A stretch of DNA of 64,000 nt. It comes from Zygnema circumcarinatum SAG 698-1b. Taxonomy: Eukaryota > Plantae > Zygnematophyceae. The translations under genes and the position numbers were made by a program. The stretch covers positions 310,001 to 374,000 of the forward strand of contig CM074805.1 of the NCBI GenBank assembly GCA_037447605.1. The letters are read 5' to 3'. Numbering within the stretch: position 1 is the stretch's first letter; each line of letters starts with the position of its first letter. The notes beneath the pieces are model-generated. The model saw nothing but the letters and a program-made list of their open reading frames with translations. It made no database searches and was not told where the DNA came from. Positions 23,665 to 47,512 of this stretch are shown here, in pieces.

Positions 23665-24616
23665 ACGCAGAGAGAATCTCCCTCTCTCCCTCTCTCTCTG
23701 TCGCGCTCTCTCTCTCCCCCTCTCTCTCTCCCCCCCTCTCTCTCTCCCTCTCTCTCTCTCTCTTTCCCCTTTCTCTCGCTCGCTCTCTCTCTCTCTCCTC
23801 CTCCCCCTCCCACACCCCCCCTTTCCGCGGACCACTCTCTCCACTCCCTTGCATTCCCTTGCCGCTGTCCCCTTTCTCCTCCCCCCTCCCACCCCCTTGC
23901 CGCTGCCTCCTCTCTCACTCCCCTCCCTCCTCACCTCCTCCAAACACACATTTTTTATGAGTTTCTTTTGGCTCGTTATGGCATTATCAGACTTTTTGCG
24001 AACAAGTGTCAAGTGTCGCTTCTTTGAGGCTTTGAAACTTTACGTTCTCGATTTCCCATTTGTCTTTCTCTTCCCAGTGATGTGCTCCCGCTTGCAAACT
24101 CCCCTTAAAGCCAAGCAGCCGTTAGGTTGATCAGTGTCAATTTAGTTCCAGTTCATCTGCAGTTTTTCACCACAGCCTTAACTCCCAACTGCTGTATCCT
24201 GACTTTTGGGACTATGAAATCACACTCCTGGCCCTTTCGTGTTGCTCAAACCATAAGACAGAGGGTTCAAACACTAAGGTTCTTGGGTCACCAAAAGGCA
24301 GAAGGTGATTGTGTTCTAAGTAGGGATGTACATTTCTACGTCCAAGCAACTTTTAGAGTTTAGATTTCAGTATTAGAACGTTCTAACATCCAAACGTTTC
24401 AGAGTTTTAGAACACTTTTAGAACGGCCGTGCGACCACAGATCTCAGAATTAGGCTACGCCAACCTGAATAGCAACAGCGATGACCTTATAGCCCAGCCG
24501 TACGACCGTACAACTGTACGACTGTACGCCTTGTCCGGCCATCCTAAAAGTGTTTACTCGACTTATAGAAATTTCGATTGGATGTCTAATACGGTAGACG
24601 AAGCTGCGCTTTAAGA

Positions 24617-24908
24617 AGGGGTGTCAGACTTAACGAAATTTGACGAACAAGAAAGTTTCGGAAGTACTCCGCCGCACCAAAAATGCAATGTCACCAGAGT
24701 ACTTGTTCTGGTATCAAATTTCCGAACAACTTTAAAGTCTAATACCTCCTAATAGGGGTTATCAGACTTAGCAAAAAGTTATGAAAAGCATTACAAGAAA
24801 GAAAGTTACGAAAGTAATCCGTTGCAGGCGGATCGCGATGTCACCGGGGTATCCATTTTTGGTTTTTGATCCGAACGGATTTACGGACTAAAAAAGTCTG
24901 ACAACCCC
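24617..24908. mobile_element. Two tandem related MITEs (about 134 bp degenerate and 154 bp more intact)
   Basis: Copy B 24755-24908 has TIRs GGGGTTATCAGACTT / AAGTCTGACAACCCC flanked by TA on both sides. Copy A 24617-24750 starts AGGGGTGTCAGACTT, ends AAGTCTAATACCTCCT and shares internal sequence (aagaaag...atgtcacc...tccgaac). Confidence 0.7.
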
Positions 24909-26117
24909 TAATATCAAATCCTTAGTACTAGGGAAATCAAAGATCAAGCATTCGCAACAGAACTGAGTCTATTTCATCAAACTGATGTGCTTAGATCGAA
25001 ACTTCTGCTAAACAAATATCTTCGTACCTCATCGAGCATGTAATTTAGTCAAGGCATAAAATGCATGAATCAATCACAGCTAACCTGCTCAGACTCAGAG
25101 ACAGTGAACACATGGCGACACCCAATTACGCGCAGGCAAAGCCCCAAAAGCTTTCCACTCCTGCCATAAGCCATCTCGTCGCTTTCTTCACAGAGTCAAA
25201 TTTGAACACAGAGGTGGGAGATCAAGGTGATCAAAAAAGTGCTCCTGCATGGCTTGAGCCGACCGACCAACCGAACGAACGATGCAAAATAGGGTTAATT
25301 AAATCCTTGAAGAGCTTGTAATCATACTGTGCTAGCAAAAGGCGCCACTAACTGCAAATCTCCTATATTTCCAACGGAACGCCGCATGTAGCAGCGACGT
25401 GTGACCTGTTCAACTGAATCAAGTAAAATCTAATCGATGTTGCCTTTGAAGCTTTGACTTCTGTGGGTTCTTCAGGGCCCTATGTATGATAACGTCGAGG
25501 TCATGGAAAGACCCACCACTTCAGTGGATGCTGCTTATTGTCTGGTGGAAAATCGAATGTCAAGTCACTCATATTATTGGTCCTACATTCTTTGATCGAT
25601 GAAGAATTACGTCATGAATAAACTCCGACTAGAAACGGAAACCGAACACATTGGAATAGCCACAAGTTGCTTCCACCTGTCTCTGCCTCCTTCCCTCACT
25701 CCCTCCCTCTTTCTAGATCCCTTCATTTGCATCCTTCCCTCCCCCTCCCACCCATCATTCCCCCTGCAACCTCCCTGCCTCTCCTGTGCATCATTTTCTC
25801 ACCACTCCCTCCCTCCATCTTCCCTCTTCCTACAACCCTCCATCCCTTCCTCCTTACCTTTCTCTCCCATCCATCGTTTCTCCACTCCCTCCCTCCATCT
25901 TCCTCCTTGCATCCCTCCATCCCTTCCTCCTTACCTTTCTCTCCCATCCATCGTCCCTTCACTCCCTCCCTCCCTCCCTCCCTCCCTTCCCCCCCCAAAC
26001 CCCAATCATCTACATATCCTCCCTCTGCTCTCCCGTTCTCATGCCGAAGCCAAGGCATTCCCTGCTATTAAGCTTTTCTAACTTATTTCTGCCCTTGAGT
26101 TCAAGAAGTGTGCGTTT

Positions 26118-29100
26118 CTATTCAAGATGAGGACTGACCTCGCGAGCTCTGACCTCGCGGTCTTTTGGAGGCAGGCGTGACCCCAAGTCCCGCACTGTGC
26201 TGAACCACTCGCTCACATTCTTCTCCTGCCCTTTATCGTCCTTCACAGAGATCCAGGTGACCTTATAGCCCCCCGGCTGATCCCAATATTCCACCAACTG
26301 CAACAGAGGCATAGATGGCAGCATTCAAACCTTAGCCTGTGAGCTTTATGATTTCCATGTTGGAGAATATGAGTTGGGCGAAATGAAGCGACTGGTTGAG
26401 TAGGGAAGCCCACCTGCTGCTCAACCGTTTCCGCTTCCTTCAAAGCATTGGACGCCATCTCAACTCCCTTCGTCAGCTTCGGCTCCCACTCTTCCCGAAC
26501 TTCCTTCTCGAACTCCCTCACTCCCTCACTGCACGTCTCCACTCTCCTGCGTTCCCCGAAGACAGAATCATTTTTCGAAAGTCAAGTGGATACGTCCTTG
26601 AATCCACACATCAAGTTGGTTCAAAAAATTTGCACTCCGCACGTTATGCAGGAACTTTCCTGCATTCAGATTTTCGGGTTTTAGGAGTTTGTTCTTTGAA
26701 TTGTTAAGATTTACCTCTCCAGCTCCACCAGTGAGGCAGTGCTCTGAGAAGCAATAGTGCTCCATCTCTCCTTCATTGACTGCAGCTGCTCTTCCTCGTC
26801 AAACTCTCGCACGAGGCTTGGAATAATGGTTGCAGCAGACGCTGTGGGAGGATGGAAGAATTGGAGGGCTTTTAACAACTTCGCCAGATTAGCTGGGCCC
26901 TTGCGGCTACCTGGATATAGGACATGGCGCACGTGAAGAGCACACAGCAGCTTTAGAATGTCTTTAGTGGTAATGCCACATCCCCTCCCCTTTAGTGGTA
27001 ATGCTTTTTCTTTCAAGTTTTAGGGTTTCCTATTTTCGTCAAGGAAAAGTTAGGGTGCTTAGGTTGCTAAGATAATGACGCTCATAGATAATTTGAGGGG
27101 GCGGGCTGACCAATCATCATATCGCGTGAAGCAGCTTGCAGCTGGGCCACCGCTCTAAGTGTCCCGTTCTCTGGTGTATGTTCAGCCTGCACATATATAG
27201 AGAGTGAGCCCTAGAGGTAAATCGCCCGTTCAGTGCCCAGCAAACGGCATTATACAAAGTATAACCTAGGGGTTCGAAGCCAAGTTGTGGGTTTTATGGT
27301 AGATAAAAAGCAGCCTTATTTTATAGAAGTCCTTTATCGCAATATTGCTATGGTTCCACTCACTCTCAACATATGCAAATGCATCTCAAATGGTTTGAAA
27401 ACAAATCTGATTTTACCTAGCACGTGGGTGCAAGTGTGCAGACACATGTCTCAGCTCCCCCTCACCTGTGGAGTAACAACCAGGAGAGGCAACAAGCTCC
27501 GTGGTAGCGCTTGGAAAGCTTCCAATTCATGCTTAATAAATCCGCGTAGTTTTTTCACTTTTTCTCGGAATGAAGCTCCGGCAGGCACCACTCTGTTGAT
27601 GCAGTATTGCTGAGCTGCCCATTGTTGAGGCTCCCACATTGAGGCTGCTTCCTACACGATAGCACTCCAGAACCGGAAATCAGTGAGGGGAAATCAAGAG
27701 TGCTGCTCATTAAGGGAGAGAAGACGAGAAGGGCAATGGGGAGGAGAGGGAGGGAGCGGAAAAAAGAGGGAAGAAAGCAAACATGAGCCAAAAGACTTTG
27801 GAAAGTAGAGATAGGTCAGGAAAAAGAGGAGTGGAGAACACACGTTAAAGCTGCCCAAAACCAATTCGATTTTCCACCTGCGTGTAAGATGTAAATGGTT
27901 TTAATCGAGACCTTCGCATTCCATCAAATTTTAACTTAGACTAAAGAAATGAGGAGTCCCGAGAAACACCTGTATGCTCGTTTGTAAGATGCCTGCGATG
28001 TGTTGCATCTTGGCCTTCTTCTCATCAAACTGCTGAACAATGCGCCACTTTTCCTCCAGCTTTTCCTTCACCTCTTGTCGCTTTTTGCACTGCCTGCAGA
28101 AGTCAATACAAGGAGCCAGTCGACACATTTCAATGTTACAACATCCTCCTTGATTCGACTTGACAGTCAAGAACATTGTGTTGCACGCTCTAGAACAAAG
28201 TAAAACACAAGCGTGGGCTTGACACAAATACAAACACTAGAAGGTTCACGTACGTCGAGTTTATTCACAAATAATACATCACAGACACCTTCTACTGATC
28301 CTTTCTTACTGCAACATAAGAAGGCACAGCACGTTTCGAGATGTTAGCAGTTTTGGGATGGTTGCGTTCTTGGTGTTCGCGATGATCATGGTTTTGGTTT
28401 GTTTTGGGTTTATGTGGTTTAGAAGATTGAATAAACCTTTTCAACCACTCAGCCTCTTTGGCCATTGCCGATTTGGCAGCTCTGTGCCCGGCTACCTCAC
28501 GTTGTAAAGCCCACACGGCAAGCTGCAAATTTGCCCTTCCCTCCCACCATAGTGAATAACTCCACTAGAATATTACCTTCTGTGGACCTTGAGAGAGGAA
28601 CACAATCAGCAAGTTGCTGGAGAATCCAAGTGGTTAAGGAAAGTCTTTCAGACATTTTGAAGGAGACACAATTGACAAAACAAAACTTTAAGAGTGTACG
28701 AAATCTATGACATCTCGCATATTGAGACTAGAGAAAGGTTGTGCTGAACAATATGTGCACCCTTAGCTTCCATCACGCCTATACATCCATCTGCCCAGAA
28801 TAGCACAGAAGAACGGCAAGCACAGCTGAGCCCTCACCTTCAAATCTCGTAGCGACATGTTGGCATTTCCTAGGCCTTCTTCATCTCTTGTAGGTCCTAC
28901 CACAGTTAGATCATCACCCGCTCTTCCTGCCAAAGATTGAACAACCTGCTCGCGCTCAATCTGAGCTGCTTTGGCATCGGAAAGAGCAGCTCGAGTTTCA
29001 TGGAACTGTTTCACATGGGCCATCTGCAGGCATTAGACATATGGACAGAAACAGAGTGAGAAATAAAGGGAAAGAAAGGTGGAGAGTGAGATAGATGCGT

Positions 29101-32100
29101 GGTTTCAGTAGTCATGAGGTAGCAGGGCTTTCAACCACTCTGAATTGACAAGTTAAAAGAGAATGAGATTTTGAAAAATTTACGGTCTTCAGAAACTTCA
29201 TGGATTTCGGTTCAAAATAGGTCTCGTAACTTCCCCTTCCACTTACAGCAAAGCCCCCTTTATTTTGGAACTTCCTTCCCCTAATACCATTAACTGCCAA
29301 ACCCATTCCTTAAAGGTGCACCAGTTTCTTATTTGTTTTTCCACTTCCGTCTCCTTCTCTCTACAGAAAAAATCTAATTTCTGTAGGAAGGCTTCAGCAG
29401 GTGATGATCAATTCGAAAGCCTGGCTTTTCGTGTAACTCTTTTTTGAAAAAGACGCTACGAAAGAACTTCACACTGGCAAGCCACCATTCATTAGCAGCG
29501 ATGAAGCTTCAAGTCTAATAACGCACCCTTCGTTCTTGAATGAGCTGAACGATAGCCTTGCCTGCATCATCAACACGCATTCTACTAAACACTCCAGTGC
29601 CTTGCCTCTGCCTTTCCGCACTATGCAGCTGAGCGCTCTTCTCCAGCTCATATTCTTCTCTGCATCACACAAGTACAAAAGAGATCTAGTCTGAGTTATT
29701 ACACAAGAGGTCAAAGGAGTTTCGAGCAAATGGGGCGACCCTTTTCGCAAAATGTTCAGGGTGCACACCTGCAAACTGGCCAGGCAGCATGGAAACATCC
29801 GAGACTATAATTGATGGGCCTTACAGTGGATCCTGCAAACTTGGCAAGACATTCAAAATATGAATCTGAAGCTTTTCAACATTCAAGCATTTTCCTTTGT
29901 AAGGATCTTGCCGAAGGAGGCACATTACACATTGTGCCACGCCTCACCTTAGCCGCTGTACTTCTTTTGCGGGATTCATATTCTCCCTTTCGGCACGCAC
30001 TTTCTTCGCTAGACCTTCGCAGCTTTTTGCAAGAGCTTTAATAAAATCTCCAGGTTGTTGAAGAATCAGTTCCAAATCATCTCGGCTAGTTTCCCCTTTC
30101 CCGAGAAAATGCGTTCTGATGTCAACAATTTCCTTTTCCTGCCCACTCACTCTTATCACTCTCTGTGGAGTCTCCTCCCCTCCCATCGCTTGTCCGTATG
30201 CGAAATTCCGCCGTTCACCTGCAAATCCTGTTGAGCTCCTTGCCGTGCCCGATTGTAACTCTCTGCTGACTCCATTCGCGTCTCTAGGGTTCTCATTACT
30301 AGAATCTCTGTTGCTGTTGGTATTAGGTGAAGCAAAAGTATGCAGGCCAAAAGATGCTCGGTCGATGTTCTCAATTGCTCCTTTTATTTCAGTCTGAAGC
30401 TTTTCGGCAACAGCTGTGCACGATGAAATTACTCTCCTTTCTATTTCAGTCATAGCTTTTGATTCTGAGTCACTGCGGGAAGGATTGAAGACGCCAGGGC
30501 TCATCTGGATAAAAAAAAAAAAAAAAGCCAGTGCTGGATAAGGAAAGTGCTTATGTGAGGGAGGAGAAGAAATAAGGTACTCATAACTGAATACTAGAAC
30601 AAAACTACGAGCATCATTCGTTTTTCAGCCAAAACACCTCCCTGCACCTGCATGAGAGAGCACGTAACGTGTTACCTGCACAGGTTTCTCACTCCCCGGA
30701 ATTCCAGCCACCACAAATTCACCCTGAGATCCTCCGAGAGACCGTTTAACTCCTCGCTGCGCATGCAGATTCAAGCTTTCATAGTATTTTTCAACGACTG
30801 TAACAAGCTCTCTGCATCGCTTCTCATACGTGTCAAGGGGCGGAACCTGTGCCCTGAAGAGAAGTAAAGAAAGCTTTCTCGGATGTTTCAGCGTGCAGTG
30901 GCAAAACAAATGATTGAAATGCACATTTCACATTGCGTTGGACTCAGGCATCTGCTGACGACATGGAAACATCTGCAAATGCATAAAATGATGTTGAAAA
31001 GCTGTAGATGGCCATAAAACAAGAACCTGGAAAGCCTTCAAGAAAAACTTTCGTTCAATGTCAACCTTCTCAATCGTATAGTAGTCAATACCATCCTTCT
31101 CAGCTCTCGAGATTCGGAACATCAAAGATTTCAACCTGCTTGCTCCAGCGATTGAAGTCTGGAGCGCTTTCTGTCTTTCCGTCTCGCAGGGAGTTGTAAG
31201 TCGTCCTACACTGAACATTCATAATGATAAACAAAAGGGAGCCTCACCTAATTTCAGCTGCATCTTCTGCGAAAGCGAACTGCTTGGCAGCTTGCTCTGA
31301 GAGATCTCGTTTCTTTTCACATATTGACTCCTCCAACCGCCGAAACTCCTGCTGCAAATTCTCCACTTCCGCGACCCTTTGATCCCTTATGTCACTATAA
31401 ACTGAAAGGAGTTTTTTCTTCCCCTTCACTCCCTTCAAATTTTTATTCAAGTCAAATCCATTGTGTCCATTGAGAAACCGATCTGCTCCTTCCGTCTGCT
31501 CCGCAACCAAATCCGCTATTTCCCGTTCATCCAAAACCTCCAAATGGCTTGCAGATTCTAAGAATTTTCCTTTCAAATGGACAGCCAAATTCTTCTTTAC
31601 TTCAAGAACTGTCTTCTTGCTTCTAACGTGCGTCAGGAAAAACTGCCATACAGGAATAAGGTCTCCCCGGACCAAGTATCTGCAAATAGAAATAGCATAT
31701 TGAAGGAGAGCGAGGGAGGTCCAGAAGGGAGGGAGGAGGAGAGAGACGGAAGCACGCCAATTTCAACCGCCTCGAAAACGCTCTTTTTTCCAGAAAAACG
31801 ATTTTTAAAGGAAGAAAAAGTCCGAACAGAACTTTTGAACAACACTTTTTGGATTCTATACCTTACGTATTAAAAAGATTCAACCTTTTTTAAAGAGGCT
31901 GCACTAAATTGCAGCTACTGTACAGAATGTTTGCGCATGCACCTTTTCAAATGCGGTTTTTTGGAAGGAAAAGTCAAACCGATTCATCAGAGGACAGACT
32001 TGTTAGACCAGCTCAGATATTTAATACATTTTTAATGAATGATCAATATTCTCATTCAGGTCGAAAGTAACGTCTTAGTTTTCCCAGACTGAAGTCTGAG

Positions 32101-32371
32101 CTTGACCAGCTGTCAAACAATATGGACCAATCCTTAATCAAAATTAGAACTTTCACCTTCAAGAAAAAAGGTAGACGCGTTTAAATAGCCGCTACTTATT
32201 GTTGTGTCTGTCTTAGGTTTCCCCTTACCGAATGCTTGAAGGCATGCGATTATGAGCATGAGTCTGAGCGTTCTTCGCCTGGCCTTCCTGCGCTGGATTG
32301 TATTCCATTTCGTGGTAAAGCCATTGAACAATGGCTTCCAGAGGAATCTGTTCCCCCCCTCCCCTTTGCAT
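26118..32371 (-). CDS. AUG5: Augmin/HAUS complex subunit 5, multi-exon
   Basis: Exon 1 (32371-32229) LEAIVQWLYHEMEY and exon 2 (31679-31248) VRGDLIPVWQFFLTHVRSKKTV match the plant AUG5 N-terminus. Colinear later exons: LDTYEKRC, AHVKQFHETRAAL, EKLEEKWRIVQQFD and the C-terminal LVEYWDQPGGYKVTWISV. Not every internal junction was resolved. Confidence 0.88.
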
Positions 32372-33034
32372 CTTGCTGATTGAATGCCCTCAAGCTTGCC
32401 AAAATCTCTCGAAGCCTTTCAAAAAAATGGCCCTTAGCATTCGAATCAAACATAAACGAGCTTTTACTCTTCAACATTCGCTGAAAATTTGCAAGATTCC
32501 CTGTCCGGAATCTGAAGGCCTTCCAGGTTTTTTCAAGCCATGGCAGCTATGGCGACCCTGCAGCTCCTGCTCCCTGGCCTGCGCTTCAACAGAGGCGTAC
32601 GGACATATGTACGGCTCTGCTGTAGCCGCGATGTATCCTCAAGTATCGTATCGCGATACTTTCTGTCATGGCGTCTGGCAAGAGTCTCCACATATTCGTA
32701 TCGTGTCGTATCGCGATGGTTTTCCGTTGGGTTTGGAAAGAAGCGATATATCGTATAGTATCGAGATATAATATCTCTTGCCGCTTGCACATATCTCAAT
32801 ATCCAGCACATGGTGAGCCGCATATAACTGTTCACAACCACTCCCGTTAGAAATTAAATAGTACGCGATTCTGAACATAGATCGTAGATCCTACCAGCGA
32901 AAATCCACTCACAGTTGAACGCTTTCACGGTTCCGTGTTATCATGGTAATAATAGTTCCAGCTACAGTTCCATCCCAAGTTCCAGCTTGTCGTCTCTGAC
33001 AAAGCGCTGCTCCAGTTAACGCAGCTGCATGGCC

Positions 33035-33679
33035 GCCACGTGGCACATAGTCGTCGTGTGGTCCAACCCAAGGCCTTTTCCTCGTGTCACGTCATTCCGC
33101 CACGTCAAATATCTGCTCTCTATTGCCACAGCGAGCCACGTGTCGCCGGTTACTTGCTCGGCCCTTGACCGGGAGCTTCCCGCGGTCACGGTCAGCACGA
33201 CCCGAAACACGACAGCGAAAAAAAAAAAAAAAAATCCCCCAAGCGCATTAGCCGCCGGTGCTCGAAACTTTTTATTGCTACCCTGAGAAACAAGGAAATT
33301 TTGAGGACTGTTCCCGAGCTTGGTTCCGTAGACTGAAGGCGATGCAGTTGAAAGTGAGACCAAAACTGTAATATGTATTGCCTGTCAAAAACATTTTTTC
33401 CCTGCCTGACTGACATCCTCCAATCGGAGCTCGCCGCGAGTCAGGCGTCGCCCGGTCTCGTCGCGCCACGTGTCACCCATCACCGTTCACCCCGAGACGA
33501 GTCAACGTCGCCATGCAGGTCCAAATCACCCTCTTGTCTACAATCAGTATCTACCAAGTCAGAAATCAGGTTATAACCGAAGCAACTATGTATCAACTCT
33601 TTCTTAGGCAGTAACCTTCCCTTTCGGCACCTACAGAAATATTTCCTTCCCTGCCCACCAGTCGCAGTGTAGCACGTGC
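33035..33679. promoter_or_regulatory. G-box/ABRE cluster in the divergent region between AUG5 and Cys-rich copy B
   Basis: GCCACGTGGC 33035-33044, GCCACGTGTC 33135-33144 and 33465-33474, GCACGTGC 33672-33679. Confidence 0.45.
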
Positions 33680-33869
33680 GCTGTCTACTATATTTTGTTC
33701 TATCGTGTCGTTTGCGGGACACTGCCCGGCCCTCTCTCCCTCCCTCTCGCCCCCACCTCTTCCCCCCCCCTCTCCCTGTCTCTCTCCCCCACATCTCTCC
33801 CCCTCTCTGCCTTTCTCTCTCGCCCCCTCCTCTTCCCCCCTCTCTCTCTTGCCCCCCATCTCTCTCTCA

Positions 33870-34628
33870 ATGGCTTTCCCCCCAGCTACAATGACAACCA
33901 CTCCCTTCTTCCTCCTCTCTCTCTTCTCCCTCCTCTTCTCCACCGCCTCCCCCGTCTCCGCCTCCCGCCACCTCCTCGCCACCATCCCCACCCTCCCCGA
34001 GGGCGCCCCGTGTCGACTCGCCGCGAACTACAGCTGGACCCCTCCCTTCTGCGGCGGCGACCCCGTCGATTGCATCTTCAATTCCGCCGTTCCGTCCAAC
34101 GGATATCTGTATGGAACCTGCCGCTCCTCGTCCCCCCTCTCCGGCTCCTATGCCCCCCGCTTCTCGTACTGCACCTCGGGGCCCTACCGCTTCGCCGCGG
34201 GGGTGAAGGGCATTACTCCGCTTGGTCCCGCCACGTGTGAACGGTGCACATGCAACAGTTACCCGCGACGGCGAGGACAGAGAAGAACCTCATGTGACTG
34301 CGAGCCCCTCCCGCCCTGCTACGTCAACGCTAACGGCACCACCGTGGGAAGGGGGTGCCCCTACCATATTCAGAGCAGCTGCCGCATAGTAAAGCCGGGG
34401 GGGGGTGTTATGATGAAAGGGGAGAGGACCCATTTGGGGCGATGTGAGGCGCCGCAGGTTTCCATGTGCGTGTCGGCGGGGCCCAACTGGGGTCCGTATT
34501 TCTATGCGGTGGGAGCGGTGGGGGTTCCTGAACCGGGGAGTGGGTGCAGGGTTTGCAGGTGTGGGAGTAGGGGAGGAAATGCCGTTATGAGGAAATGTAA
34601 GAGGGTGCCAGGGTGCAAGAAAAAGTAA
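33870..34628 (+). CDS. Intronless secreted cysteine-rich protein, copy B (252 aa, 20 Cys), unknown family
   Basis: ATG at 33870, signal peptide, SRHLL, and all 20 Cys aligned with copy A. About 80% amino-acid identity by hand alignment, with a 7-aa insertion. Confidence 0.88.
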   Translation: MAFPPATMTTTPFFLLSLFSLLFSTASPVSASRHLLATIPTLPEGAPCRLAANYSWTPPFCGGDPVDCIFNSAVPSNGYLYGTCRSSSPLSGSYAPRFSYCTSGPYRFAAGVKGITPLGPATCERCTCNSYPRRRGQRRTSCDCEPLPPCYVNANGTTVGRGCPYHIQSSCRIVKPGGGVMMKGERTHLGRCEAPQVSMCVSAGPNWGPYFYAVGAVGVPEPGSGCRVCRCGSRGGNAVMRKCKRVPGCKKK

Positions 34629-35711
34629 AAGCAGAGGGATATGGGGAGTATTTAGTAAAGTCACCTTTAGTGGCAACTTTTGCTGGTACGTTTTAAGGGT
34701 CTATATTTGGGCGGAATGACTATATTTGGCTAAAAATATTCGGTTTATATTTCGGCGGAAATGCGAAGGGAAGAACTGAATTTCGGTCCAACTTACGCGT
34801 TGGGAAAAAGTGAAGAAGAAAAATGAGAAAACAATGGAAACTGGACCTGAAGTCAACGACAGTCAAAGCTGTATTTGTGGGGCGGCGGCATCTACAGTTA
34901 TCAGTTACGGGAGGCGTGAGAAATCGAGGGAAGTGTGGAACAAGACCTATTACTGTTTCAGGAACTGGAGGGGATCTGACTGAACGAATAAAGGAAGATG
35001 GACGGCTTGACAATATTCTCCCTTTTTTTTGCTTTGGCAATCTATTGTTTTTCCTTTCATGAAACTATCTAGTTTACGCTACTAATACTCACTACTTTAC
35101 AGTACCTCAGAGCTGACTTACTCGAAGTAACAAGATTCGTAGGACTTTAACTAGTAACTGAAAGAAGAAGACTCTCTCTCCCTTCTTTATACTCTCTATC
35201 TCTCTCTTTCTCTCTCTCTCTCTCTCCCACTCTCGCTCGTTATTTTTTTTGTGAGCATACGAAGATTTTACTTACTCTGTTCCGAGAAATTTGTCAAATA
35301 AAGGAAGAATTGTGTACATATGTTATCTCTATTGTGCGCTTTGTCTCCTTAGCTCATATAGGGACATTGATCAAAAGGTGATGTTTACAACGGAGGCGCG
35401 TCTTTCCATCCCCGCCACTTCCTGCCTCCTTCCCTCGTCCTCCCCTCCCTCTCTCCTCCCTCCCTCCCTGCCTCCTTTCTCATGCCGCCCTGTAATTATT
35501 TATACACGTCCGGAAATCTACAAGCTTCCGCTGTAAATTGCAATGGTTGCAGCTGAAAAAAAATCAATAGCTGCACTGTTTCCCTCAACGAATCTGAAAG
35601 AATGGCACTACAAACCGTCGGAGACAACGTCTCCAAAAAATGATTTATGAATTTACAAATCTCACCTTTTGATCATTGAATACTCGGATTGTTGTCAGAG
35701 CGATGCTCCCT

Positions 35712-47448
<11,737 letters not shown>

Positions 47449-47451
47449 CGC

Positions 47452-47512
47452 AAACCCTAAAATCGACGGTTTGAAAACGGACACGTGGCGACCGACAGGC
47501 GCGCCACGTGGC
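47452..47512 (-). promoter_or_regulatory. ABCC proximal elements: telo-box plus two G-box/ABREs
   Basis: AAACCCTAA 47452-47460, GACACGTGGC 47480-47489 and GCCACGTGGC 47503-47512, directly upstream of the ATG at 47448. Confidence 0.45.

Noticed and set aside
25490-25560. Minus-strand HPLKWW resembling the hAT dimerisation motif
   Set aside because: A stop codon follows within a few residues and the rest of the domain (YP.L..LA...ERxFS) is absent.
27265-27285. GGTTCGAAGCC resembling a tRNA T-loop
   Set aside because: No acceptor, D or anticodon stems can be formed around it.
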